In this document: positions 40,935 to 61,413 of the stretch, in pieces
Numbering within the stretch: the first letter of the stretch is position 1
Layout of the letters: each line of letters starts with the position of its first letter
NCBI GenBank assembly: GCA_964304625.1
Contig: OZ199838.1
Span: 6,559,731-6,623,730 of the forward strand
Direction of reading: 5' to 3'
From: Kudoa neothunni
Taxonomy: Eukaryota; Animalia; Cnidaria
DNA: 64,000 nucleotides
The notes under the pieces: model-generated
What the model was told of the DNA's origin: nothing
Databases searched by the model: none
Seen by the model: the letters and a program-made list of their open reading frames with translations, nothing else
Translations under genes and position numbers: made by a program

Positions 40935-43900
40935 TTAAGGAGAAGAAACTGCCAGAAATAATTAAATACAGTAGATTCGAAAATATTAACTTTATAGGTA
41001 AACTATAAAAAAGAGTTGACGGATTTAAAAATGAAAACTGCGCAAGCGTAGTTGCCTTTTTAAATTAAAAACTTCCGTGTCAATAGCCACTGCCATCTCA
41101 AATTCATGTTTTATTAATAAATTTTTAATCCTCTATGTTTTTTAACTCCTCTCAAAAGCAATTGACAATTACTTAACCTTTCAAATTGATATACCAACAT
41201 TAATTATTATTGTTATATTCTTTTTTAACGTGAGAATCGCGGGAAACTAATAAAAAAATAAGACAAGGAATATTTAAAGATTATCCCCTTCGGCCTACTT
41301 CGAGTTTAGAGTTCTTTAATTTGTTGTGCTGCAATTTCAATAGATATTTCCGTAAAAACTTAACCAAACTGACCTATAATAATATTTTTCTCTTAATAAT
41401 ATAAGTTGCTACTTTTGAATATAATATACAGCCAATTCTAATTTTGACTAAAATTATTACTAAGTCACCAATATGTTCTTAGAGGCATAAAATTAAAAAA
41501 TATATTGGATTGTAAAAAAGACGCATACATGGCCCATCAAAAGGAATTATACGAATCAGAATAAAATTGAATTTGCGCGTGCGTGCGTGCGTATGCTTCA
41601 CTAAGGATTTAATTTTCTCATAAAAATAACTAAAAGGAATTACCATCTTAGGAAATTTGTAATATCTCAGGACTAACTAAATTAATTCCTTAAAAAATTG
41701 ATTGATGAGTGGATGTTGGTCTCATGTCCCATAGACCACAACCATCGTCATCGTGTCGAAAGTTTGGGAGCTCATTTGATCGATGACAATATAAACAAAA
41801 AAATATATCTTCTCATTTTTGTAATGGATATAAAGAGTAATTCGGCGGAACCATAGTTTGGGACAATTCATCGGGACATTGGAAGAAATCACGAATAGGT
41901 TTCGAAAATGGAGTTTTCATTTGTTAATATAGGCATTATATTATTACAAGACTTGTTTTTATTGAGAAATGATTTTAAAAAATTTATTAACTCGCTAAAA
42001 AACCTAGGACTCTAGCCAAAGATTAAAAAGTGTTTTAAATGCTTATCAGATATTTATATGGTCAATCAAAATAATAAATATAATTCATGCATGTTCTTTG
42101 CAGTATCCGCAAGAAGAAATATTTTGTCAGAAGTAAGGAATTTTCTGGTTGTTTACTCAAATAGCAGATTAAAAAGTACCTATATAGTATTTAATGTTTG
42201 TTTAGTTCAGAGTAATAGTCAATTAGAATAAACTTTTACTCATTGCATACAAAGATAATCTACTGATTATGGTATAGAATTTTTCAAAAATGTTATATTT
42301 ACCTGTTTGGAGTAATTTTAAGACAGATAATACCACTAGAGCTATATTTACAAGAGATGTAGCATTCCCCTTAAAATCGTAAGCATAACCAAATTATTTA
42401 GGATGTATTTTCGTTTGTCAAGTGTTATGGATATAGTTAAGCGGAAGAGATTATGATCATTTTAAATAAAACACATAATTCGAGATTAAAGTTGTTGCCA
42501 GGTTGGAATAATTTGGGTCTCTACACGCATTCTGAAAACGGTGTAAGAAGGGAGTAGAATTTTCAAATAATTAAATTTTTGTGATAACTTCTCAATTGAA
42601 AATTATGCTCCATTGGAATTCCTGAGATGTGAAAATTTCTTTTTATCAAATATACCGATTGAGATTGAAATTATATTCGTCTTTTCGATAAGCTTTTACT
42701 CATTTTTTGGTTTTCCTAAACTTCATTGCAAAACAGCTGGTATAACTAATTCAGTAAGTTTCTATATTGGTTAAGATAATTTTTTAAATAATGTTTAAGT
42801 TCTTAGTTACCTAATTATTCATTACCCCCAGACCTTAAGATTAATATTCAAATCAATATACTGTTTTCTTTAGGCTCGCATTAATTCATTATGATATAAA
42901 AGCTGCATAAAAATACGTGACACCGCATTCTATACGTAGTTTAAGAATTTATGATCACGATTACTTTTGCACAAAATACAGTCCCTTCTCAATACGTGAC
43001 GTGCCACGTAAGTTAATAAGAAATTATTGCTCTATTCAATCTAACCGATATTTTCACAAAGTTTTCGTTAATCTAAGAATAGTTCCATAAAAATAAATTT
43101 TTTTAGGGCAATCGAACAATACGTTTATTTTTAAAAGGGTGCACTCCTTTGAGAAAACCAGTTGATATTTAAGCATAACTGTAATTTTTCAAACCAAAAA
43201 CACCTTTACTTTTAGATTTAATCGTATTTTGATAATTAAATATGTATATTTTTTGAACCAGTAAGTATTTTTGTCTAAAGAAAGGTTGGATTCATTTATA
43301 AATCGGGAAATTATGTTAAAATAATGATTATGTAAGTCATCACTCAGATTATTAAAACCTCATTAACATCCTTTATACAATCGCAATAAAGGAGTAACAG
43401 TTAATATTTTTATTTCTGACACATCTTTAATTGATTTTATTTTTTTTATCGTTTGTGGACTAATAATAAATTTTTTAACTAGAAGGATTAATTCTTATCG
43501 CAAAAATTTTCAAAAGAACTGTAAGTACTATTCAAGTCCCTTAATGATTTTATTTCATAAATAACTGAACTTTAATCGTTAATCACATTTCATTTCTCAT
43601 AAAATTAAGGTCATTATATTTTTGGTCATAATTTGTAAAATAAACTTAAAAATACTCATTAATTTCCCTCAATACTTCTGCTTATATTTGAATGGAAAAT
43701 GCTTGCATAATTATGTTTATCTAAATCATTACATTGAAAAAATAATGACAAGCTTTAAAATGCATCAATTAACTAGAAAAATAAAATTTACAGAGTTGAA
43801 CGTGCTAATTAGATTAAACCTTCAGTAGAATTTCTCCATTCAAAACTAAAACTAAAAATTAAAGTTTACCATCACATAGTACCGGGAAAATCTGGGCGTT

Positions 43901-44513
43901 AATGCCATTTACTTAAAAATCAACAAGGCTTTAGTCTGCGCCAGGAAGCATTCGCGGAGCGGAACCTTTGTTCTAGTAATTTTATATAGAGCGTTCATAT
44001 AGGATTGGTGTGAAATAATGGAGATGGATTTTCAAACATAAATGATTATCCAATTGCATTTATGACTTCTTTTAGGTCACATATCGTATCTTTTTGATTT
44101 TCTGAATAAAAATCAGTATTAACGTTGCACTTTGTTGATCCCGGGGCATTTATATAAGGTTTACCTTACGTTTCTTCGTGTATAACCTTGACATGCTTCA
44201 ATTCAGCAATCTCATCCACGTTGTCATGTAGCAATAAATTAAAAATGAACCAATTGTATTACATACTATCAATTATTGCTTTTTCTGTATGACCAATTTT
44301 TACGTTAAATTTGTCATAATTTAAGTTTAAAAATGTTTTCTTGCATTAATCGCACGATTTCTGGATATTGGATATTTCTCGAAACAATTTTCACTATTTG
44401 AGCTTGTCACTATTTCCCACGCTGCCTTTAACGTATGAAGACACTCAAAAATATTATATTATAAAATTTTCGCAGAATCATTAAATAGAAACTAGCTAAC
44501 GAATGATTTTCTA

Positions 44514-45819
44514 CAGTCGGACTTCAAATAATGTATGATTTCAAAATCTATTGATCTGGTGACACTGGACTAGTATTCTTAGGAAGAAAGCACATCTCGA
44601 TATAATTAAATTGATTAATTGATTGAGGATAAGATTTACATTGATGAAGAATAAGATATATTTTTCTTTTTTATTCATTAACCTGCTTATTTATGTTTTT
44701 AACAATTTCAAAGAATAAAGTTGCGGACATCCAGCCATTTTTTGAAAAAGGCAATTTACTGGGAGGTTAATGACACCGCAAAAATGAGGTGGCGTTCTTT
44801 TTCGAGAATTTCAATCCCTTCAAATCGATTTCATTTTTTAGCGTTATATGTTCATTGCCACAGATACTCCTAGATGAGTGCAGTCTTGCCAAAATTAATA
44901 ATTTCTACACGTTTTTACCACTTAAAATCTACAGGAACCTTTTATATCCATCCAAATACATTATTCGTATCGGCATTCCCAACCTCACTGTGCAATATAT
45001 TATTCTTCAAACCGTAATTAGTCTTGAAATTTGGGAGCGAACCATTATTGAAGAAAATATAATTAATTTTTAGTCTTTTGACTATCGTTTGTATCTTATT
45101 TGTCGATTAAAAACCCCCATATATTTTTCCTTTTCTCTCGCCCTACACAACCCGATTGTGAAAGCAACATTCAACCTCTCTATATTTTCTATTAGGTATT
45201 GGACGCATACCTCTTACAATATCAGGATTAGCGCGATACCCGTTAACTATATTATATTAAGGAACAACGCGTGCTCTATTATTTATCAGTTAGTGTTGGT
45301 CTCTTTATAGTGCATCTTACGCCAGGCCGCTTAGACATAATATTTTCCATACTTAAATTCTTATGCGATCAACGAAACTATTTCAATTAATTGTATCTGT
45401 CACTTTTGAAAATATCCCATCGAGAGATGAATAAACTATTTTAACTCAATATCAATCGGGTAATATTAGCCACTTGGAAAATTAAACTCTTAATAGTCAT
45501 AGATTTTGTTCGTGTATTAATTGAATATACATGTAATATTGAATAATTATTATTTTTTTCGTTTATATTCGGTTGGCACATACCCATTTCAAAGTTTCCA
45601 ACGTATCATCAAGCGCATTAAGCCGATTATTTTCTATTTTCTGAAAAAAGCCACGCAATAACAAGGCCCTCTATTATCGATGGTCCCAACTTTTAAATGA
45701 AATTAACCGCCTATATGAGACTTGTTACAGTATAAAATGTAGCTTAATCGAGTTTCATGAATTTTCAAAGATAAATAATAGTGATAACTGGAAAACCACG
45801 CAATATCGAGACCTTACTG
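44514..45819. mobile_element. Tigger/pogo-like relic related to 37512-39294
   Basis: Right end AAAACCACGCAATATCGAGACCTTACTG-TA matches the 39268-39294 terminus; the left end (TA-CAGTCGGAC at 44512) is tentative. Confidence 0.5.
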
Positions 45820-46089
45820 TAATTATTGCAGTCTTTACACGTCTACAGAGGAGTAACCTACTTTTTTAAACAGTCGATAATTAATGTTTTTTAATATACA
45901 TAAATTCATGCTTTCAAATGTAGCACAAATTTATATAAGAACCGAACGCTTAACTTAAGATATCGACGAAAAATTTATTAATAAATAACCTAGAAATATT
46001 TTTGCTTTGAATATTGCATTGGTATATACACTACATTGTATACGTCTTACGGTGATGGGTGGTACTTTTATTGGGAAATATGATTAAAT

Positions 46090-46206
46090 AGTTCTTCCGG
46101 TTTCCGGATAATCGAACATTTATCGACACGTAATGTCAATAGAATCCAAATAAAATTTAAAATTTCTTTCGGATAACGCGATTTCCGGATAATCGAGGTT
46201 CGACTG
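46090..46206. mobile_element. Right terminus of a Tigger-like MITE
   Basis: TCCGGATAATCGAGGTTCGACTG-TA with repeated CGGATAA subterminal motifs; left end not identified. Confidence 0.5.
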
Positions 46207-46856
46207 TACATATTTTAACGTTTAATTTGGTCATTACAAAAATTTGTTGATTATATTGTCGAATTATTTTTCAGGCGGATTTAAAGTAAGCATTCTCGAC
46301 AAACATCGGATAAGAAATATTTCAAAAGGATGAATAAACTGTCCCTTAATTTAGGAAACGAGATTAATAAACGAAAGTTTTTAGAAAATTGTATAAACGG
46401 CTTTGTTAGATTAGAGTTAAAGCGTGATAGACTAATCATTGACGTAAATTGGCGAATTTCACAATTATCTCCAGTTAAGGAACCAGTACAATCTTGACTA
46501 TTCTCCCAAGTACATAAAGTCATATTAATTCGTATATTAATTGATAAAATAATTTCCAAACGACCGACGTATGTGATCGACTTTTATATAGCTTAGTTTT
46601 TTATTTTTCCATGCTTTAACGCCAGCTAAGTTATTCCACTCTTCATTTTTATAATAATTCACAATCATTTTATTTTAACCAGCACCTTCAATTCAATTCA
46701 AATGATCATAAAAAATAATGTCTGAAATCCATGCGCGAGTGCGAAAAATATTTTGATTCAAGACAAGTAATTATAATTAAAAAAGAGGAAAAAATATTAA
46801 AAAAACAGATTTTCCAACAATAAATATTTATCAACTTTACAAAGACTACGCGCAGA

Positions 46857-47824
46857 TCAACGTCTTCTTTTTGAAGACGGGTGTTTTTTCAAAGTTTTAC
46901 ATTTGGCGCAGTACCTAAATAAATAAAATTCATAATAACACGAGTGAAAAAAATCAATATGAAAAAATAATTATAATTACCATTTTCCCTTAGGTTGTGC
47001 TACCAAGCCAACACAACCAAAATGAAACCACTCATAGGGACATTTATTGTTGTCACACATTACCATATTTCCATAAGACACCTAAAATGAACAACGATTA
47101 ATTCCTATATTAATACAGTATTGTTACCTGGTGACACAAACAATATGTGGGTTCGTTAGGGTCGATAGGCATATTTAATCCTGAAGCCAAATCCAATTCT
47201 AGATCATTGTTTGGAAGATTATCGAAAGAATTTGTAGTTGAACCGGTGATATCATTATTATCTACGCATCATAAAACTTGTCTATCTATCACTTACACAA
47301 CATACGATTAATGATACGATTTGAATGGGTTGAGTAAGAAATCGCGGTGGTTGATGAATGTTGTGATTGGCTGTTGGGGTTGTTAGCAGAGGTCTCATTT
47401 TCAAAATGCTTTAGGTCTTTGTCAAGCCGATTAACTTCCTGATCAACGATATTATACAACTTGTTAATGACATCAATTTTCTTGGCTGAGCAACTTAGAT
47501 TTTTAGTCAGTTTTTGTTTAAGTTGTTCCAGCGCATCCAATTCCACCTGGTCCACAGTTGACTTTTGGATTCTTCCCACAATTTCAGTCATTTCTATTGA
47601 ATCATCTTCGAATACTAATTTAACGATGGGTTAAGCTGTTCTTGGAAAATTCGCTACTTGTCATTTGTTCTAATTTAGTGATCTCGTATAGAGAATTTCT
47701 AATGTTGTCGGGTAGTTTAGATATTTCTACAATGGGACATCAAAAACTGTATTAGGTATTTGTTGTTTTTAATAGACGCTAGGATACCATTTAGAAATTG
47801 TTGTAAATATGCTGTAACAGCCAT
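46857..47824 (-). CDS. Inhibitor of growth (ING4/5-like) PHD-finger protein
   Basis: N-terminus [25 protein letters not shown]; [16 protein letters not shown]; [41 protein letters not shown]...PKGKW/YCAKC; multiple short introns. Confidence 0.93.
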
Positions 47825-47852
47825 CCCCACTTGAAATAGGCTACATAAACGC

Positions 47853-47862
47853 ACGCAGGCGC
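47853..47862. promoter_or_regulatory. NRF1-like GCGCNNGCGY motif in the ING/PI4KB divergent promoter
   Basis: ACGCAGGCGC, 28 bp upstream of the ING ATG, in an otherwise AT-rich background. Confidence 0.45.
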
Positions 47863-48148
47863 GATTGTTCGATAAAATTTTAAAGCAAAACTATCTCAAA
47901 CTACTACATTACTAAAATAAATTAATAGTAGAAAATATAATTAACATTTCGATCGACATATTTTGGTATCGGTTCGAAAACAGCTGAACTACGAGGTGAT
48001 TCATGATATGTCGAAGTTGATCGGGTACAGTCGATAAAAATCTAACTAATCTTTGAATTCCACAAATCTTCCAAATTCAGCTACAGATGCATACAAAAAA
48101 GTGAAATTGTCTTATGGAATGCTTGGAATTGAATTTTACATAGAAATT

Positions 48149-54076
<5,928 letters not shown>

Positions 54077-54598
54077 CTATATCGTTTTTTAGTTTTTTAG
54101 ATAGTTTTAATATTTTTGTCGTATATTTTGAGATTCATTGCTGCCGGGACTTATCATGTTAAATTTTCCTCGTAATGTTTAATTTGGTGGTCTGCTGATT
54201 TAAATCGCTTTCAATTGTGTTCGGATATTTGAGTGTAAAAAATACTTTTCCGATCTATCATGCTGATAATAAATAAATACAATAAACGACGCTTTTTGCG
54301 CACTTTTTAGGGCTGAGGAAAGGTGCCAAAAAGGAATGATTTGTGCAATAACCGTACAATGTATTTGGGTCAGCATTAGAACGTAGATGATAAGAATATC
54401 GTTATTCCTCTTGTATTTTAATATAACCAATTTTTAATTTTTTTCTTTTAACTATTAATTTTGAAATATACCCATGTAGGGATAAATGCTAAGTTTAATG
54501 GGCATTCATGATAAATAGGTTGTCGAATGTACGATAAGACAGTTATCGATTTTCCTGCTTTTGAACATGCTTTTCATTTTCATTAGAATACATTAAGT

Positions 54599-55245
54599 CA
54601 GGGGTTCTCAACCATTTTTTCAAATTTACCCCTTAGTCCGATGAAAAATCCAAATTTATCTCCTTATCTTGGAACCAAATTCATATTTAATTTACGATTT
54701 TATATTGTTTTAGTTATTGCAGAGACCATTTACGATAAATTCTAATTTAAAAAGGCATATGTCCATATGCCCTTGTAAATGACAATTTTTAATCCCATCA
54801 ACTCTAATTCACATGCAGTCTACAGATTTAATTTTTTCTACGTCGAACTGTTTCTGGCCCCTCCTTTACTCTAAAGGGCAAGGAATAATTATAAATAGTC
54901 AAAACTAGTGACACTTAAATATTATTTACTACGCAGATTGAAACCTTAAGTATTATTATTAGGCTACGTCACTAAAAAATAAACGAACCATTAAAGAAGG
55001 AGAATGTTTATAGTTTTGTGAATATTTGTTAAATATTTATCCCTAAAAACATTTTAAGAATATCTGCCAACTCATTATTGAGCTTAATAGCCTTGAACAA
55101 TATAATTCCTTTGAAATCCTTAGGCACGTCACGAACTTCATTCTGCAATAAATGTCCCTATCCAAATTTTTTGTCGTTTAATTTACCACCTCTCATTTAA
55201 AATTTATCCACGAAGGGTAAATTTACACTCGGTTAAGAACCCCTG
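54599..55245. mobile_element. hAT (Buster/Charlie-type) MITE
   Basis: TIRs CAGGGGTTCTCAACC / CAGGGGTTCTTAACC; subterminal AAATTTACC repeats; degenerate 8-bp TSD CATTAAGT / CTCTATGT with central TA. Confidence 0.85.
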
Positions 55246-55558
55246 CTCTATGTGGTATGGCTCAGTTGGATAAATTCTAAATTTCGAAACACCTTTGCGG
55301 ATGTAGCGCAATGATCAATATTTTCAATACGGACATGATTTTTTACTTAGAAATAATATATAATAATAAAATCTTTATTGGTTTGTAATTTGATTCATTC
55401 AAAAATTCTAAAATGTTTAATATTATTTTTATTGAATAATTTGAAAGAAATTATCAACTGTGTTGTAGCCAATATTAATTAATGCTTAATTTAGTAATTA
55501 GTAGTTTTTAAACTCTTAAATTCAAATTGCCAAAAAGTTAAGTAAGTGATTTAATCTA

Positions 55559-55568
55559 GCGCATGCGC
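55559..55568. promoter_or_regulatory. Perfect NRF1-type palindrome GCGCATGCGC
   Basis: Ends 17 bp upstream of the NKAPD1-like ATG at 55586. Confidence 0.55.
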
Positions 55569-55585
55569 ACATGATCACTGTGTAA

Positions 55586-56166
55586 ATGAAGCGAGTAGAC
55601 AAAAATTTGCTTAAATCAGTTATCACACAAAATGAATACCAAAATAGAGTGAATGATATTTTTCTTGAACATAATCTAATACTATTTTAGTTAAAGGAAG
55701 AGGAAGAAATGTGGAGCCGTTACCAAGGAGATAGCAGTAGCAGGAAAAAATACCGAAAACGCTCAAGGTCGAAATCAGATGATATATCTCCAAAGAAAAA
55801 ATCAAACAAAAACTCGGAAAAAGATCCGAAAAGAACGGCCAAACAAATAGATAACGATGACATCACTACTGATAAGTGATCCTTTCGTTTCATGATTTAA
55901 ATATTATTTCACACGTTACCTATAATAGATGGAACAATGACAAGTTTATGGAGCTATATCCCGAAGACTTAAAAAGTAAAAAGATGGTCAACCATACAGA
56001 TAAGAATACCCCTTTAAATTACGATCTTAATTACATGTCTATCTCGCATGTGTTAGGTGATGGTAGAACACATCAATTAGTGAAGTAATTGTGATTTTTG
56101 CAAAAATACATGCTTATATAAATTATTTTAAGGTATTTAAAATCTAAAGGACATAAAAAAGTGTAA
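55586..56166 (+). CDS. NKAPD1: NKAPD1 (C11orf57)-like small basic nuclear protein
   Basis: Spliced (introns 55649-55690, 55876-55928) to MKRVDKNLLKSVITQNEYQNR/LKEEEEMW...DK/WNNDKFMELYPED, resembling NKAPD1 [22 protein letters not shown] and RWGHSGYKELYPEE; last exons tentative. Confidence 0.72.
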
Positions 56167-57761
56167 TATAATAAAAATGACGATTTGTACACATCTCAAT
56201 CAAAAAGGAGTCGTGAATATTGTTTAGCTAGTGTGAAAAACTTTTCATGATGGATTTTCTTTCTTTAATCTTTCTATTTCTTTAGCCAGTGTTGAAACAT
56301 TTTCCTAATCAATGCAACGCAACAATTTATTTATTCATAGAATATAGTTAGAGTGCGAAATTTTCGACTTTATTTTTATTAAAACTATTGAATTCAAGTA
56401 TTTTATAAAAAGGAGCAACTATAATTTTTTTAGAATGCACACTCTTGATTAATTTTTTTATATATTTTTCATAATATTGTATTTATATAAAATCTACCTT
56501 TATTTATGAACCATTACAAATATATTTATTTATGTCGTAAAAATTAATATCGCGCTATCAAAGTAAAAATTAATCTTCAAGAGAAGAAACCTAACGTTGT
56601 GTATTTTAATTAATAAACTAATAATTGTTTTATATATGAGGATTTACAAAGTAAAATTTTTTAATTGCTAATTTTCAGATCATTAAAACTAAAAAATGGT
56701 CTTCTATATTTTAAAAAATATTAATTTCATCATTCTAAAGTTAAAATCTTATTACAAACAAATTAACAAAAGATAAAATTTAATTTAATTTGTTGATAAA
56801 AATTTTTTTACTGTTTTTAATATTTTTTCTTAATAATAAAAATCATCAATTAAGGATAGTGTATACGCTACTTATTTTCTTGATATTACATACACAGCAT
56901 CGACGTATCTTTTATAACAGGGGAAAATATATCTCCTTTTAAATAAATGCACTATTAATTTTAAAAAACCAATCGAGCATCTTTTTCTTTCTAACACCAT
57001 TCAAGTTTTATAGCGTATTAAATTGTTTCGAAAAAATATAAAACTTTTCTCGTTAAACATTAAATTTGTGTTTTCGTTCTCAGTCTTATATTGGTTGTAT
57101 AAATTCATATTTTTAATGCTTTATGTTAAAAGTTTTAAAACTCGTTATAAAAGAATTCCCTTTGTTGATAATTTTAACAATAAACTAAAATATGACATAC
57201 TCAAAATGTTTGAGAAATATTTAAAAATTTATGTACGTAAAAAAGCATTAAAAAAATTAAAATAATTACTCAAGTTCGTCCAAATATGTAAGAATTTATA
57301 TTTCTCGCGGTTCAATTCAGATATAATTCGTATTAATTAGTAATAATAATTTCACTTAAGAAGTATTTGTGTATTACATCAAACTATGACAATAGTTCAT
57401 ATTATCGTAATATTTCTTAAATATTTTTCTTCAAACTTTCAAATTATAAAAACTCGATATTAATTTCTTTAAAAGCAATATTTAAATATATGAAATATTT
57501 TAAAAATTATTATATGTTAATGGGAAAAATAACTTTATTTAAGTTTAATAATATATTTTTGAAAATATTATATTATAATTGAATAAAATTCAATGTATTA
57601 TAAAAGAGTGATATGTAATTTTTCAAAAAGTCAGAAACTAACGAATTTTATGTATGTACAGCCAGCACAACAGAATTGTTAATTTAAATTAATATTAAAA
57701 ACAAAATTATTAAAAATAAAAGTGCGTTAGATTTTAGGAAATTAGTCGAAAATCATACATG

Positions 57762-60229
57762 CTAATTGTAGTATACCTCTAGGATAAGATTCTTTGCAAT
57801 GAGATGTTCAACAAGTGCTTGAAGCGTAGTGGCTACATTTGCCTCAATTTGTGGATCGTTTGCGTTATAGCTTGTAGATAAGCTACCCGTTAAAATATTG
57901 AAGGCGGAATTTTTTTTATAATTCCTCAAATCGCTACTCAACTCCTCAATTATTCTAAATTGTAGTTAAATTATTTTTTCAGCATCAAATCCCACATATT
58001 CTTATCATTGAGTTCGTCATTCAGTGTTTGAATATCTTCTTTTAGAGAATATATTGTCATATACAAACTGTGTTCATCATTTTGGTCTAATTAAATTAAT
58101 AATGTTAAATTTAATACAACAATAAATAAATAAGCTATAGTGCAGCTAAAATAATAATCAAAATAGTATTAAATTTGTTTCTTAGGAATGTTAATTAGAC
58201 GTAAATATTGTGGTCACTTGAAGGGGGCTCATTAGGGAGTGAAATCCTTAAATCTTGTTTTATAGGAGTAGAATCTTCAACCACATTACTTCCCGGAGGA
58301 TCAGTATCATTTTTTTCGTCACATGTCTTTTCTCTACATTTACAAATCAAATTGATTTTCAACGTAAGTTTCTCACTTCTTAAAAGATTGAATCAGCTGT
58401 TGCAAGCTCTAAAAATAATTATAACAACTAACAAGTCTATTTTAAGTAATACTTTAATTTTAACTTGAGAAGTCCTCTTATCTAGTTCGATTTGACATTC
58501 AAGTTGTGCGAGCCTCTCGCATTTGATCAAATCTACGCAAAATCTACGTAGCATTATAAAATAAAACAAAGAATAACTTTCAGAATCAGCCGTCTCTAAT
58601 AACTGTTTGGTACGTAATAATTCGTTTTCAAGCTGTTGAGTCTTTTGAGTGGATTCTAAATTCTAAAGAAAAATCAAATAATAAACATAATGAATAAAAT
58701 AAATGTAGCAGATTAAATGTTACAGTGGCATCTAATATGGACATTTTATGATTTATTTCATCTTCAAGCGTTTTGATTTTATTGGTTTGTGACTCCATCT
58801 AATTTCACATTAATTCGAGAAATAAAAATGATAATAACAGTTTTTTTTAATGATAAATTTTTTTTTCGAAGACGATCAATATCCGACTGGAGTTTTTCGG
58901 TAAGCAACTTTTTCTCCATGAATGCAGCTTGAGTTTGTTTTGCTGCTAAAATAGATTGGTTCAAATTATTTTGTTGTATGCTGTTTTGGATCAATGTAGC
59001 GAGGTAGCTGTTTTTAACTCTTTCAAAATAAAAATTATAGATAATATTTAACTAGAAGGATCAGTTTGCTTACGTTTCGATCTCTTGATGAAGGCACAGG
59101 TTTTCGTTGAGTTTTGAGGTAAGCTCAGCAACAGACGTTTTAAGAGTTTTATTTTCCTCATTGAAAAAATTCAGAGTCTTATCTTTTTTCTCAGCTACCT
59201 CTGTAGATATATTAATGCATTTTTCGCTCTCGCATAAATTAAGGTTACTTTCAAATTTCTCTAGAACAGAATCATATCTCTATGAAAACGTATAATTATG
59301 ACTAATAAATCAAATAAGACAAACTTTTATTTGTTCCTCTAATTTTCCCACATAGGTTTTACAAGACGTGTACAATTTTTGTAATCGAGTTTCTAATGGT
59401 TCCAAATAAATGCTTCCATTAATCTTTTAAAATAAAAAAATATGCCAACAAAACAACTCTCACTCAACTACCTCGAAAATGTCTTTCAGAGAATGAAAAT
59501 ATTTCATGTATAGTATGACTTCTTCGTTAAGAGAGTCTTTCTTGGCACTTATTTCATCCAATTCCAACAAGGTATCCTATTTATGTGTGATATCAAACAA
59601 ATACGTAAAGACAACAATGTACAACCAAAGTAACCATGGTGGCACATATATACCTTTAAATTCTTAAATTTTCCAGCCAAGGAAACATTTTCAGGTTTCA
59701 AATAAACCACTAAAGCATCACTGTCTGTTGTTGGCTCCATTATATTATAATTTAAATCGTATATGCCGAAAAGAACTTCTAATTGTCTCTCGAATAGACT
59801 GAATGAGTTTTCATCTTGTGGAGAAGGGGTTACAATTTCTATGGTTTTCAATTTTTTTAAAAAGCTATCTTTTACAAATGGTCGTTCTTGTGTCGCAGTA
59901 TCAGCGTCATTTTGGATCATTTTATTTTTCACACCCACCATAAAATTCCCCAATCCTTTGATAAATTTATTCTCCTTCAATGTGGTATCCATGTTTCTGA
60001 GTCTTTTTGTTAAGTCTGCAGCAACGTTCGACGTCGTTTCACTCTTAACTGTTTTCATTGGCTTTTCGATAGAGATTGAATTCGCAGATAAATCATTTTC
60101 TATTGAGTCACACTCGGTTGCTATTTTTTCAATAGGACAATCCACTGGGTTGTTTGTAATTTCCTTCACTTCTTCCTCAGGGTCGAAAATGGGTATTTCC
60201 GCTGTCTCCTCAATCACGTTTTCATCCAT
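57762..60229 (-). CDS. Multi-exon coiled-coil protein, possibly Rab11-FIP3/4 (nuf)-like
   Basis: EF-hand-like LEVLFGIYDLN; long coiled coil including NEENKTLKTSVAELTSK; C-terminus LQALVEHLIAKNLILEV, reminiscent of the FIP Rab-binding domain. The gene is clear; the family call is tentative. Confidence 0.55.
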
Positions 60230-60478
60230 TGTTACTTCTCAATAATTAAAACAGCTACACCTACTTAAAATGTGATTATTGGTTCAATCGACCGTACATT
60301 AATTGAAGATCGAAAATCAGCTTAAGTATCGCAAAATCCACTCGCATGGCAACAGTATCTACATTAACTAAACTTAATTCAGATTCAACTACCCAAATCA
60401 TAGCTCCATGGCTCACTAACTTTATCTATGTAACTGTTTAAATTATTCTTTGATTTAATGATTTATTTGATTATTGCG

Positions 60479-60488
60479 ACGCGTGCGC
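60479..60488. promoter_or_regulatory. NRF1-like motif ACGCGTGCGC
   Basis: About 250 bp upstream of the ATG at 60229 (minus-strand gene). Confidence 0.4.
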
Positions 60489-61166
60489 ACATTAGTAAAT
60501 ACTTCGTTTGTGTGCAATTATTTGATGCCATATCCTAACAATCTTATTATTCGGCAAATAAAAGAATTAAAAAATAAATTGCAGATGCAATTCATAATAA
60601 ATGATTGATTACGTTAAGTTAACGATCACGACTATTAAAATAAACAAAACAATAAACATGAATATTATCATTAAAAATGTTGAAAATAATCGAATAAAAT
60701 TAAGTTATAAGTTATGTAAAAATTATGTGAAAATTCTTTAAGGTCATAAAAGTCAGTTTTTGAAAACATCATTACCAATTAGCCAACAATTGTTTTGCAC
60801 TCATTATTTTCCAATATTTTTTATTTGCATAACAACTATGGTATATTTTATATTGCTAGAGAATGTATCGCTATTGAACGACAAGATTTTGAATGAAATG
60901 CAAGCAAATAATAAAATTTTCTATTTTTAGAGGATATGGCAGTTTGGTTATTTTTAAAACAACTTTTTGTATTTTGACCATAAATCTTGTTTTTCTCGCT
61001 TGCCAAAATATGTGAATGTTTGTAAAAATACAAATTATAACTTTATTTCGACAATGTATGGGTTTTTATATGTTTCAACACAAAATATGGAATATTTTAC
61101 AATTTAATTAATTTAATATTTAAATAATTTTGTTGAATTTCAGATTTTATTGATTCTTCATATTAA

Positions 61167-61413
61167 CCCTTCGAGGACAACCTTGGGCTCCGTGTGCCCA
61201 TCTTTCTATTATTTTAAAATTAATTTTGTTAATCAACTAGTTATAGTTAATGTATTTTCGCCAGAATTTTACTTACTTCTTAAAAAAATGTAATTTATCG
61301 ATCAATGTAATAAAATTGGTAAACGTTCTGCTGAAAATACTCAAAATGTAACCAACTTAACAACGAAATAATACCAAGGTGGGTGCGTGGAGCCTGTGGT
61401 TGTCCTCAAAGGG
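61167..61413. mobile_element. 247-bp piggyBac-type MITE, family B copy 2
   Basis: TTAA left, GTAA right; TIRs CCCTTCGAGGACAACC / CCCTTTGAGGACAACC. Confidence 0.85.

Noticed and set aside
55252-55300. tRNA A-box-like TGGCTCAGTTGG followed by TTCGAAAC
   Set aside because: Spacing too short and no cloverleaf; not a tRNA.
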